Positions 40,035 through 49,799 of a DNA stretch of 64,000 nucleotides are shown here, piece by piece. Location: NCBI GenBank assembly GCA_049976425.1, contig JBMFIG010000005.1, forward strand, positions 1-64,000, read 5' to 3'. The notes under the pieces were generated by a model. That model saw only the letters and a program-made list of their open reading frames with translations. It was not told the DNA's origin and did not search any database. A program made the position numbers and the translations under genes. Source of the DNA: Thermoproteus sp. Lineage in GTDB: Archaea > Thermoproteota > Thermoprotei > Thermoproteales > Thermoproteaceae. The number at the start of each line of letters is the position of its first letter. Positions within the stretch are counted from its first letter, which is position 1.

Positions 40035-40874
40035 TTAAACGTTCTCGGCCTTGGATTCCCCGGACTCAGCGCTGGTCAATCTATAGATCTCCTTTTCTAA
40101 TGTCTCTAGGAACATGTTCAATTTAACCTTGAAGATGCGAAAAGCCTCACCCAGCATCTTATCAACATCCATGTTGCCATAAGACTCGATATTCATTATA
40201 TACTTAAACCGATCCCAGTCTACGGCCAGCAGATGTCCGCAGAGATTTTCGCAAGTCTTAAGCTTGCCAAATGTGCATTTATATGGGTCGAATTCGTTTA
40301 GGCTATTCCCAAAGGCATCCGGACATATGGACTTACATTGAGCTAGGCATTGAGGATCTTCGCCTTTGACAATTAGCTTGGGAAAGTAATAGTAGGTAGC
40401 TAGACCCGCCTGCCACTTGGCGTGTTCCTTCGCGCGGCCGAGCCTGGCATATGCCTCAAGCGAAATGGACTGGCCTTTAACGAGCTTAACTATGGGTATG
40501 TCTGGATACACGGGCTTCACATCTGGGTGGTCTGACACCAGATCGCCGGAATACACAGTCTTAGTATCGTCGGCAGTAACTTGTAGGGTAAATCTGACGG
40601 TGCACTCGGCGGGATCCACCATACCGGTTTCGCACTCCTCTATCTTCGGAAAGAGATCGAGAGGAGTAGTAAGCGGAATTAGCCCAAGCCTGTGCGCCAA
40701 CATCTCGTCGTACATCGACGACGTGTTGTTCACTATCAATACTTGGTCTATAGCGAAGACAGGCACCTCCGATATGATAATTCGCCTTATGGAATTTATT
40801 AAAGAAGGCTTTACACCCTCTATATACAGTTTTAAATGGAGGTTGTCCCGTTCAAGGACCTTTGCAGACGGCAT
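40035..40874 (-). CDS. rpoD: RNA polymerase subunit D (Rpo3)
   Basis: Motifs NSIRR.IISEVP, DEMLAHRLGLIPL and HAKW, plus a Cys-rich ferredoxin-like insert. Confidence 0.96.
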   Translation of the reverse strand: MPSAKVLERDNLHLKLYIEGVKPSLINSIRRIIISEVPVFAIDQVLIVNNTSSMYDEMLAHRLGLIPLTTPLDLFPKIEECETGMVDPAECTVRFTLQVTADDTKTVYSGDLVSDHPDVKPVYPDIPIVKLVKGQSISLEAYARLGRAKEHAKWQAGLATYYYFPKLIVKGEDPQCLAQCKSICPDAFGNSLNEFDPYKCTFGKLKTCENLCGHLLAVDWDRFKYIMNIESYGNMDVDKMLGEAFRIFKVKLNMFLETLEKEIYRLTSAESGESKAENV

Positions 40875-41317
40875 TAACGCGTAGGCTTCTGCTTTTTGCC
40901 ACGCAACACAGCCAGGATCGAGACCCCGTTGACCTTAGTGACCTTGAACCTTATGCCCGGGATATCGCCGAGAGATCTGCCCTCAGGCCCGCCTATACGC
41001 TCTATTATCACCTCGTCGTGCTCGTTGATTAGGTTAAGCCCGCCGTCGTAGGGAACGAACGCCGTCACCACCTTGCCGTTCTTCACCAACTGGACCCTGA
41101 CGCATTTCCGCACGGCCGCGTTGGGTTTACGCGCCTCGACGCCTACCTTCTCGAGCACGATGCCCCTAGCCATCGGGGCGCCCTCAAGGGGATCGAACCG
41201 CTCGGCGAGTTTCAGAACTCTTCTCTTATAGGTTATGTCGTTCCACCTAAACCTCTGCCTTTTCTCCTTCAACTTCCTCGCCGCGAATAAGCCGACAGGG
41301 GACTTCTTGCCGGGCAC
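40874..41317 (-). CDS. rps12: 30S ribosomal protein S12
   Basis: Motifs [22 protein letters not shown] and GDIPG.RFKV. Confidence 0.97.
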   Translation of the reverse strand: MPGKKSPVGLFAARKLKEKRQRFRWNDITYKRRVLKLAERFDPLEGAPMARGIVLEKVGVEARKPNAAVRKCVRVQLVKNGKVVTAFVPYDGGLNLINEHDEVIIERIGGPEGRSLGDIPGIRFKVTKVNGVSILAVLRGKKQKPTR

Positions 41318-41361
41318 TAGCCCTTATTTCTGCCCGTATATAAAGTTTGATGCGGATCCCG

Positions 41362-41796
41362 CTAAGTCAACACGACCCTATCTACGTCGTAATACCTCTT
41401 GGCCAACAACTTGGCCTTGGCTATATTCCTCCCGTTCTTGCCTATAGCCAAGCCCTTATCCTCGGGCACGACCGTGGTTATCGCGACCAAATTGCCGGAG
41501 GGCGACTTGGTCACCTTGACGGCTATAACTCTCGCGGGGTATAGGCTGTTCTTTATAAGCTCTTCTGGAGTCTCAGCGTATTCAACGACCTCTACATCTC
41601 TCCCTATTATCTGCCTCAACATCCTCACGTTGTTGCCGCCCTTGCCCACCGCCAATGCGGCTTGGTTTTTGCCCACTACGAAAATTATTCTATTATAATC
41701 GCTATCGACAACCACATCAAGTGGAGTAACGCCTGTCATCGACTCGAAAAGCGTAGCGTATCTTATCTCTTCGTCTGTAAGCCTTATATCAGGCAT
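41362..41796 (-). CDS. nusA: Transcription factor NusA (archaeal, KH domains)
   Basis: Two KH motifs, AVGKGG and AIGKNGRNI; conserved gene position. Confidence 0.93.
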   Translation of the reverse strand: MPDIRLTDEEIRYATLFESMTGVTPLDVVVDSDYNRIIFVVGKNQAALAVGKGGNNVRMLRQIIGRDVEVVEYAETPEELIKNSLYPARVIAVKVTKSPSGNLVAITTVVPEDKGLAIGKNGRNIAKAKLLAKRYYDVDRVVLT

Positions 41797-42103
41797 GTCC
41801 AGCCAACTTCAATATCTCGCTCTGGCCTGGATCCACGATCGCTATGGCCGAGATCTTAAAGGGCTTTCGCGCAGCCGCGCCTAACTCTAGGCTGGAGCCC
41901 GGAAAGACTAAGATTGGAGTGCCCGCGATCTTCGAGTAGTACTCGAGATCCCCTCTTATCCTCGGTGGGGCGTTAGCCGCTAGGACGACCATCTTGGCGC
42001 GTCCGCTAAGCACGGCGTTCTTGACGCTTTTATAGCCGATAGACACCTTGCCCGTCGCGATAGCCACCTGGAGCTCTCTAGCTAGATCTATCGACGAACT
42101 CAC
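41789..42103 (-). CDS. rpl30e: 50S ribosomal protein L30e
   Basis: Motifs TGKV.IG, ELGAA.RKPF and DPGQSEI. Confidence 0.95.
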   Translation of the reverse strand: MSSSIDLARELQVAIATGKVSIGYKSVKNAVLSGRAKMVVLAANAPPRIRGDLEYYSKIAGTPILVFPGSSLELGAAARKPFKISAIAIVDPGQSEILKLAGHA

Positions 42104-42140
42104 GGCCCTTGGGATTGAGATGCATATATAAGTTTTAGGC

Positions 42141-43280
42141 CTAGAGGCGCATCAGCAGTCTAACCATGCCCGTCCCTATGGGTATATGGCGGCCAGCTAT
42201 TATGTTCTCGAAGACGCCCTTAAACGGCTCCACCTCGCCTCTCACCGACGCCTCAACCAACGTCTTAACGGTCACCTCAAACGCGGCCTTAGCTAGCGGC
42301 GACTCCTTGGAACCCACAACACCGTGTCTGCCGATGGGCCTCACTTTGCCTAGCCAAGTCATCGCGTCGGCTACAGTATACATGTGTCTACTATCCACGT
42401 CCAGGCCTTGTTCAGCGAGGACTCTCCTGATCTCAAGCGCTATCAACGTCCTAGCCACCTCTATCCCCAATACCTCGGCCACCTCGTGGAGATCGTTGCT
42501 GTAGGTCCTCGTGTGGTCGACCTCGTCCAGTTGCAGGACTCCCTCTAGGTTGCTACCTTCGGTTATGATGTACCACTCTCCCGTACTCCTGTCCTGATCT
42601 ACCAAGACCTTCCTAACGCCTTTTATACCGCTTATCCTCGTCTGAAGCACCTTATCGCGTAGCTTCCTCAACTTCAACATATCGGGGTTTGCAAGCCTAA
42701 TAGTTATAGTATACCCTTCTATTTCTATGGAAACACCTTTACCACGCATTCTTGAAAGTATCTTCTCAATATCTTTTATATTTATTTCTCTATATTTCAT
42801 CTGTTCTGGATCAAGCTCTATCACGACACTATATGTTATATAATCTATATCAACAGATTTAGCAAGATTTTCTATAGTAGTCAATTGTATCTTTTTAGCA
42901 ACTTCAGTAGCTGATTCTTTAGATTTATTGTAGGGAGGCTTTAAATATACATACATAAGCGGCGTCGAGGGCTTCCTCCTGGCGTCGACTATCTCTATCA
43001 TCCTAGGCAGACCGCGCGCCATGGAGAACTCCCTCAAACCGGCGAAGTGGAATGATCTCAAGATCATCTGGGTCGACGGCTCGCCTATGGACTGCGCGGT
43101 TATTATGCCTATGGCCTCGCCCGCATCTATTAGAGACAAGGCGTAGAGCCTCAGAGCTCTATAGATTATTCGTAACGCAGCCTCCTCGTCAAGGCCCTCT
43201 ACGGCCTTCTTGAGATCTTCATATAAGGTCCTGGGAATAACCGACGACAGATCTTCGAGCAGTTTCGCGACCGACATCAC
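42141..43280 (-). CDS. rpoA2: RNA polymerase subunit A'' (Rpo1C)
   Basis: Motifs [25 protein letters not shown] and AAFE. Confidence 0.97.
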   Translation of the reverse strand: MMSVAKLLEDLSSVIPRTLYEDLKKAVEGLDEEAALRIIYRALRLYALSLIDAGEAIGIITAQSIGEPSTQMILRSFHFAGLREFSMARGLPRMIEIVDARRKPSTPLMYVYLKPPYNKSKESATEVAKKIQLTTIENLAKSVDIDYITYSVVIELDPEQMKYREINIKDIEKILSRMRGKGVSIEIEGYTITIRLANPDMLKLRKLRDKVLQTRISGIKGVRKVLVDQDRSTGEWYIITEGSNLEGVLQLDEVDHTRTYSNDLHEVAEVLGIEVARTLIALEIRRVLAEQGLDVDSRHMYTVADAMTWLGKVRPIGRHGVVGSKESPLAKAAFEVTVKTLVEASVRGEVEPFKGVFENIIAGRHIPIGTGMVRLLMRL

Positions 43281-45931
43281 CTTATGTAGAGCCTCATTAT
43301 ATTTACGTTTGCCGGCTTGCCGTGATCCGACTTAGATACATCGGTGCCGTCGTCGCCGTACAGAGGTTGCAAGAGAAGCCCGGAGCCGTAACGCACGGTG
43401 CCGTCGTAGGCGACGTACGCGTCTTGCAACGCGTTTATTATCCTACGTTGCATGTATCCGCTCTGCGCCGTGCGGACAGCTGTGTCTATCAAGCCGTCCC
43501 TCCCGCCGGCCGCGTGGAAGAAGTACTCGACAGGCGTAAGCCCCTTGACGAATGAGGAGGATACGAAACCTCCTGAGAACGGCCCTATATCGCCTACGGG
43601 GAAGTGAGGCAGAGTCCTGGTCCTATACCCTCTCTTGATCCTCTCGCCTCTTATGGTCTGTTGGCCTAAGGTGGCCACCATTTGGACTATGTTGGTCAAG
43701 CTTCCGCGCGCCCCCGTCTTGGCCATTAGATAGGCCTCGGAGTTCTTATCTATATACCTCTCCACTACTCCCTCAGCGTCGCTACGCACCTTTGAGAGCA
43801 CCTCGGCCAGTCTATTCTCGAGGGTTTCTTGCACAGTGTAGCCCGGCATGGCCTCCAGCTTGCCCTCTCTGTAGAGCTCTATGAGCTCTAAGGCCTTATT
43901 TATACCGCTATCAATTATCTTGCCGACCTCTTTAACGGCCTCGCTAGGTATATAGAGCGAGTCCAGGCCTATGGAGAAGCCTCTGAGATCTAGGAATCTC
44001 AAGAACACCCTTAGCGAGGAATCTAACCATTTCCTGGCCACATCCGACGGGTAATCTCTAGCTATTCGGTGCCAAAGCGAATCTACCTGCTCGGCACCTA
44101 TGGATTTCTTGTCCAAGGTGCCCGTCACCATATTGCCGTTTATTATAATTATCCACTCATCGGTCTCGCACGTGTAGGGCTCCTTACAAGCCGACTTAAA
44201 CGCTGTGGGTTGCACCCAGTTGAGGTCCTTGGGCAACGCCATGCTGATTATCTGCTTCCCCGTCCACAGCTCGACGGGGTGCATTATGGCCGGCTCAGGC
44301 AGGTCTCCCTCAAGCTTCATGGCGCCGGCTAAATACGCCGCCTCCTTCTTAGTGAGCAACGTAGTTTTGCGGGAGAGTAGGTAGGCGCCTATTATATAGT
44401 CCTGTCTAGCGCCTATTATGGCGCCGCCGTAGCGCGGCGTCACTATATGTTCTTGGACCAACATTAGAGTTCTCGCCTCGGCCCTCGCCTCCTCCGTCTG
44501 CGGTATGTGCAGGTTCATTTCGTCGCCGTCGAAGTCGGCGTTGTAGGGCGGGCATACGGCCAGATGTATCCTAAACGTCCTGCCCGGCAGAACTCTGACT
44601 ATGTGGCCCATCATGGACACTCTGTGTAGCGACGGCTGTCTGTTGAAGAGGGCTATATCGCCGTCCCTTATGTGGCGCTCTACGATCCAGCCGGGGGCCA
44701 GCTTCTCGGCGAGCTGTTTCCTGTCCTTGACGTATCGCAGATCGACGCGCCTGCCCTCCGGCGTTATCACGTAGTTGGCCCCCGGCCAAGTCTCGGGCCC
44801 CCTCATCACGGCTTGCCTGAGATCGTCTATGTTCCACTCGGTGACTCTCTCGGGCACTGTCAATATCTTGGCTATGTCTATGGGCACTCCGACCTCGTTT
44901 ATGCTCAGATTGGGATCGGGGCTTATCACTGTGCGGGCCGAGAAGTTGACGCGCTTGCCCGAGAGGCTTCCTCTGAACCTCCCCTCCTTGCCCTTAAGCC
45001 TCTGCGCTATGCCCTTCAGGGGTCTGCCCCCTCTATGTTTCGCCAGCGGGATGCCGGGTAGCTCGTTGTCGAAGTAGGTCGCCGTGTGGTACTGGAGCAA
45101 GTCCCAGAGGTTGTCTATTACGTTAGTCGGCGCGCCCGTCTCGAGCGCTATCTTCAACTTCTCATTCATCCTCATTATGTCGACAAGCTTGTGCGTCAGA
45201 TCGTCCTCGCTCCTTATGCCCGTCTCGAGCTGTATGGAGGGCCTAACGTGGGGAGGCGGGACGGGGAGAGTTCTGAGTATGCCCCACTCCGGGCGGGCGA
45301 CGGTCGGATCGACTCCTAGTAGCTCGAGGTCGCTGTTAGGCACCTTGACCAGCCGCTCCAGTATAGTCTCAGGATCCAGCTTTACCAAGGCGCCCGTCTC
45401 CGTCTCCTCGTAGAAATTGTAAGGCCGCTCGAACCTCACCTTGTTGCGTTTATATCCGCAGTGAGGACATGTGGTCCTCTCGGCGGCTTTCCTGAGGATC
45501 TTCTCGTGGAGGTTGGTGGCCAAGAGCTTCCACCTGCCCTTGAGCCTCTGAAGGCGCTCGCTATATCTCTTTATCTCCTCGTCCTTCAGCATTATCCTGC
45601 CGCAGTTGGGGCAAGTAGCCCTCAACACGTCGTATATGAACCTGGCGAACTCGACGTGGATCACCGGCTTCGCGAGCTCTATATGGCCGAAATGGCCAGG
45701 ACACACGTCGTAGGGCTGTCCGCAGGTCTCGCACCTGGCGCCCGGCTCCGCCACGCCGAGTCTGCGGTCCATCAAGCCGCCGCGGATAGGTAGCCCGCCT
45801 TCGTCGTATATCTCGGATGTCGTGATCTCCAAAACAGAATATCGCCTTATTAGATCGGGGCTGAGAATCCCGAACTTGATATCTTTGATAACCTTAGTAG
45901 GGACTACATCGGCCTGTTGTTGAACGGCCAC
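43277..45931 (-). CDS. rpoA1: RNA polymerase subunit A' (Rpo1N)
   Basis: Motifs CPGHFGHIEL, NRQPSLH, YNADFDGDEMN and DTAVRTAQSGY. Confidence 0.98.
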   Translation of the reverse strand: MAVQQQADVVPTKVIKDIKFGILSPDLIRRYSVLEITTSEIYDEGGLPIRGGLMDRRLGVAEPGARCETCGQPYDVCPGHFGHIELAKPVIHVEFARFIYDVLRATCPNCGRIMLKDEEIKRYSERLQRLKGRWKLLATNLHEKILRKAAERTTCPHCGYKRNKVRFERPYNFYEETETGALVKLDPETILERLVKVPNSDLELLGVDPTVARPEWGILRTLPVPPPHVRPSIQLETGIRSEDDLTHKLVDIMRMNEKLKIALETGAPTNVIDNLWDLLQYHTATYFDNELPGIPLAKHRGGRPLKGIAQRLKGKEGRFRGSLSGKRVNFSARTVISPDPNLSINEVGVPIDIAKILTVPERVTEWNIDDLRQAVMRGPETWPGANYVITPEGRRVDLRYVKDRKQLAEKLAPGWIVERHIRDGDIALFNRQPSLHRVSMMGHIVRVLPGRTFRIHLAVCPPYNADFDGDEMNLHIPQTEEARAEARTLMLVQEHIVTPRYGGAIIGARQDYIIGAYLLSRKTTLLTKKEAAYLAGAMKLEGDLPEPAIMHPVELWTGKQIISMALPKDLNWVQPTAFKSACKEPYTCETDEWIIIINGNMVTGTLDKKSIGAEQVDSLWHRIARDYPSDVARKWLDSSLRVFLRFLDLRGFSIGLDSLYIPSEAVKEVGKIIDSGINKALELIELYREGKLEAMPGYTVQETLENRLAEVLSKVRSDAEGVVERYIDKNSEAYLMAKTGARGSLTNIVQMVATLGQQTIRGERIKRGYRTRTLPHFPVGDIGPFSGGFVSSSFVKGLTPVEYFFHAAGGRDGLIDTAVRTAQSGYMQRRIINALQDAYVAYDGTVRYGSGLLLQPLYGDDGTDVSKSDHGKPANVNIMRLYIR

Positions 45932-46131
45932 GCCAACCGGTGGAAGTCGCTATATAAATTTTTATTTAAGGACATTTCCTCCGTCTGAGCCGGATCCTCG
46001 CTGAATGGTCGTGTAAAGCTAGCAAATATAGATCCACCTCAAATATTATAAATTCCGATATAATTCTATATTAGAATAAACATTATTGTTGATATAAAAT
46101 AGTAAAAGTAATATTGGCTATTAAAATCTCC

Positions 46132-49100
46132 TTACTCTAAGATTTCCGCCAGCTCCAACTTCGGGTAAATCCCTAGCGCGATCAGCTCTTGTAGCAGTAG
46201 CTTAAATGCATAAGGCACGACGACTTTGGCGAACTGGCCCGACTCGCCATGTATGGGACATTTCGGCCTGTTCGTCTTCGCGTCTAGGTAGGCTGGGAGT
46301 CCGCACAGCTCGCAGACGTACATGGTATATTTGTCGCTCGACTCGACCATCCTCTCGTAGAGGAGGGCGGAGGCCCCATGGGCTATGAGCACGTCGCGCT
46401 CCATCTCGCCGAGCCTCAGCCCGCCCTCGCGGGATCTGCCCTCTGTGGGTTGCCTAGTCAATATCTGGACAGGCCCTCTGGAGCGGGCGTGTATCTTGTC
46501 CGCGACCATGTGGTGTAGCTTCTGGTAATACACTATCCCTATGAATATATCGGCGACGAGCTTCTCGCCAGTTATGCCGCTGTACATGACCTCCTTGCCG
46601 TCCCACCTGAACCCCAGCTTCATGAGGAGCTCCCTCAGCTCTCCCTCGGTGACTCCCTCGAAGGGAGTGGCGTCGATAAGCTGACCTGTCAACGCGCCGG
46701 CCTTGCCCGCTATGGACTCCAACAGCTGGCCGACCGTCATGCGCGAGGGCATGGCGTGGGGGTTAACGATTATATCGGGGACTATCCCGTCCTCCGTGAA
46801 AGGCATGTCCTCTTGCCTCAACAACATGCCTATGACGCCCTTCTGGCCGTGGCGCGAGGCGAACTTGTCGCCCAGCTCGGGCACACGTAGCTCCCTTAAT
46901 CTCACCTTAACGAGTTTGTTACCCTCAGGCGATTCTGTTATGACGACCCTATCGACTATGCCTCTTTCACCCCTCCTCACGGGAATTGAGGCGTCGCGCC
47001 TCTCCTTCAAGATTTTCTCAGTCTCGAGGGTCATATAGAAGCGCGGCGGAGCGGTCTTGCCTATTATGACCTCTCCGCCCGTCACGTAGACCTCAGGAGG
47101 GGCTATTCCGTCCTCGTCCAGGTGGCTGTAGGCCTCCGGCCCCCTATATCCTCTGGCCGAGGAATCGGGGACCTCTATCCTGTCCTCCTCGCCTCCCGGA
47201 TATTTCTGCTCCTCGGTCTCGTAGGTGCGATAGAAGTTCGAACGGAAGAGGCCGCGATCGACCGATGACTTGTTCATGATAACGGCGTCCTCTATGTTAT
47301 AGCCTGTGTATGTCAACAGCGCCACTACGGCGTTCTGGCCCGCAGGCTTTCTCGAGTAGCCAATTAGCTCGAGCCCTCTGGTCGTCACTATAGGCCTTTC
47401 AGGATAGTAGAGCATATGGCCGCGCGAGTCCAGCTTGTACATGAAGTTGGCCTGCGGCAACCCCAGCGACTGTTTAGCCATAGCGGCCTCGTACTGGTTC
47501 CTGGGCGATTGGTTGTGCTCTAGATAGGGTATTATGGACGCTATTGCGCCCAGAATAGAGGAAGGCACTATCTCCATGTGCGTGTACTTGCTCATATCGG
47601 GCTCAGGCCCCACCGCTATGTAGGCGTTTTCCTCCTCGTCGGCGTCTAGGTACTCCACGACGCCCATCTTGACCAAGTCGTTCCAAGTCAGTTCGCCCGA
47701 TGCGAGCTTCTGGACGTGCTCCTTTGTGAGCTTCAACTTGCCGTCCTCGATCACCAGTAGAGGCCTCCTGATACGGCCTCCATCGCAGTTCACGTAGACC
47801 GCGTCGCCCAGATGCGCCACGTTGACCTCATCAGATATCTTGCCCTGCCGCCTCATCTTGCGTAGAGTCTTGACGAGCTCCTCAGGGTTCTGGTGGATGC
47901 CTACGAGCCGCCCGTTTAGGTAGACCTCCGCGCCCTCAAGCCCTCCCCTCCTCGCCTCGAGCACCGGCACTACGCCCAGCTCGTTCAGCGTCTTCTCAAC
48001 GACGGCCTCGTCGACGCCGATGGTTATCTCGGCCAACAGAGCCAGGTTCTTGACAAGCCCTACGTTCTGCCCCTCGGGCGTCTCGACGGCGCACAGCCGG
48101 CCCCACTGCGTCGGGTGGAGGTCGCGGGCCTCGAAGTGGGGTTGGGTCCTGCTGAGCGAGGAGACGACCCTCCTCAGATAGCTGAGGGTCGAGAGGTAGT
48201 TCGTTCTGTCCAATATCTGCGAGACGCCGGTCTTCCCGCCGACCCAGTTGCCGGTCGCCAGCGCCTGCTTGACGCGCTCGGTTATTATGTCGGGTCTGAC
48301 TATCGTCTGTAGATGCGGTATCTTACCTCTCGCGTAGTACTTCTCAAGCTGGTTCTTGAGCTCTTGGAGGAACTGCTTCATGACCGTCCTGAACAGCTGG
48401 GCCAGGAGGTCGTTCACGAGCCTCACGCGTTTGTTGGCCACGTGGTCCTTGTCGTCGGGCTTCCTCCTGCCTAACTGCATCTCTATAAGCCCCTTGACCA
48501 CCTGGCCTAGCAACAACGCCTTCTTTATCCTGGCCTCCTCCATCGCCTTCTCGTCGGGCTTCTGCGGGTTGAGGTTGGGCAAGAAGTATTTGTCCAATAT
48601 CTGGAGGGCTCTCTCTATCCTTATAGGCCTCGGCTGGCCCACGGCGATCTTTCCGCCTACGAAATCGAGGGCGTCGTCCCTAGTGGTGGCGATCTCCTGG
48701 CCGGCCAACAACGAGGGCAGGAGCTCCTTCTGTATGTCCGGGTCGTCCGAGACGGCGAGCACTATGTCTTGGTCGCTCTCTAGGCCCATGGCGCGCATGT
48801 ATACCGTGAACGGGATCCTGACCGGTATGGCGGATAGAGTCACATAGATGACGCCGTCTTTGTGGTACTCGACCGTCATCGTGGCGCGGTAGCCGGGCCC
48901 GGTCGATATGACCTTAGCTAGATATCTGATCGTCGGCTTATCGCCGACGTCGTATATGGGCCGATCGGTGACTAGGTCCTCCTGGCTTATGACGACCCGC
49001 TCGCTCCCGTTTATTATGAAGTAGCCGCCGGGATCTTCGGGATCCTCAAAACGCTTGGGGTACTCCTCCGGCTTCAACCTCGTCAAGTTGCACTTCTTGG

Positions 49101-49515
49101 ACTTGACCATTATGGGTAGCTCGCCGGCGTATATGGTCTCGGTAGCGTACGGCTCGTCGTCGACGTAGAGAGTCACGGTCAAGTACATCGGGGCGCTGTA
49201 CGTGGCGTTCCTGAGCCGGGCCTCCATGGGGTATATGACCGTCTCCGAGCCGTCCGGCTCCTTTATCCTCGGCCACCCTATCTCGACGCGCTCTATGGCG
49301 ACTTTCAGACCCTTTATCTCGGTCTCGACAACGCCCATCTCCTCTATTATCTTGGGCAACTTCCTGTCGATGAAGTCGTTGAAGGCCCTTATCTGGTGGT
49401 CGACTATTCCTCGATCTCTGATAAAGGCCTTGACCAGGGCCCACCTATCGTCTGAGGCGGGGAACCCGCCGTCCCCGGCCCTATACCTTATCGGTAATGG
49501 GAGCAGATCCACCAT
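46132..49515 (-). CDS. rpoB: RNA polymerase subunit B (Rpo2, unsplit)
   Basis: Motifs GYFIINGSERV, ETPEG, GDKFASRHGQKG and GGLRLGEMERD. Confidence 0.98.
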   Translation of the reverse strand: MVDLLPLPIRYRAGDGGFPASDDRWALVKAFIRDRGIVDHQIRAFNDFIDRKLPKIIEEMGVVETEIKGLKVAIERVEIGWPRIKEPDGSETVIYPMEARLRNATYSAPMYLTVTLYVDDEPYATETIYAGELPIMVKSKKCNLTRLKPEEYPKRFEDPEDPGGYFIINGSERVVISQEDLVTDRPIYDVGDKPTIRYLAKVISTGPGYRATMTVEYHKDGVIYVTLSAIPVRIPFTVYMRAMGLESDQDIVLAVSDDPDIQKELLPSLLAGQEIATTRDDALDFVGGKIAVGQPRPIRIERALQILDKYFLPNLNPQKPDEKAMEEARIKKALLLGQVVKGLIEMQLGRRKPDDKDHVANKRVRLVNDLLAQLFRTVMKQFLQELKNQLEKYYARGKIPHLQTIVRPDIITERVKQALATGNWVGGKTGVSQILDRTNYLSTLSYLRRVVSSLSRTQPHFEARDLHPTQWGRLCAVETPEGQNVGLVKNLALLAEITIGVDEAVVEKTLNELGVVPVLEARRGGLEGAEVYLNGRLVGIHQNPEELVKTLRKMRRQGKISDEVNVAHLGDAVYVNCDGGRIRRPLLVIEDGKLKLTKEHVQKLASGELTWNDLVKMGVVEYLDADEEENAYIAVGPEPDMSKYTHMEIVPSSILGAIASIIPYLEHNQSPRNQYEAAMAKQSLGLPQANFMYKLDSRGHMLYYPERPIVTTRGLELIGYSRKPAGQNAVVALLTYTGYNIEDAVIMNKSSVDRGLFRSNFYRTYETEEQKYPGGEEDRIEVPDSSARGYRGPEAYSHLDEDGIAPPEVYVTGGEVIIGKTAPPRFYMTLETEKILKERRDASIPVRRGERGIVDRVVITESPEGNKLVKVRLRELRVPELGDKFASRHGQKGVIGMLLRQEDMPFTEDGIVPDIIVNPHAMPSRMTVGQLLESIAGKAGALTGQLIDATPFEGVTEGELRELLMKLGFRWDGKEVMYSGITGEKLVADIFIGIVYYQKLHHMVADKIHARSRGPVQILTRQPTEGRSREGGLRLGEMERDVLIAHGASALLYERMVESSDKYTMYVCELCGLPAYLDAKTNRPKCPIHGESGQFAKVVVPYAFKLLLQELIALGIYPKLELAEILE

Positions 49516-49754
49516 CAGCCCGGCACCACGAGGCGGTATATAACTGATTCTCCCGCGGTCTCCGAACGTCTCACTATCCTCAACACGTCGCCGGGCTTCG
49601 CCCCGACGGCTTTGACCAAGGGATCGCTCGACCTAATCCAAGGTATCTGCCAAGGCCTTACGTGGAGCCTCCTTAGAAGCGCTCTGGCCTCCTCCTTGGT
49701 GAGGATAGAAACCTCTACGGGACCCAGCACGTGCTCTAATATCTTCTTGCTCAC
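49515..49754 (-). CDS. rpoH: RNA polymerase subunit H (Rpo5)
   Basis: Pattern P.IR.SDP..GAKPGDV.RI.R.S.TAG..YR.V. Confidence 0.95.
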   Translation of the reverse strand: MSKKILEHVLGPVEVSILTKEEARALLRRLHVRPWQIPWIRSSDPLVKAVGAKPGDVLRIVRRSETAGESVIYRLVVPG

Positions 49755-49799
49755 ACGCCCCCTCCACCCGCTGATTTAAAACTTTTTTGCTTGCTCCCG

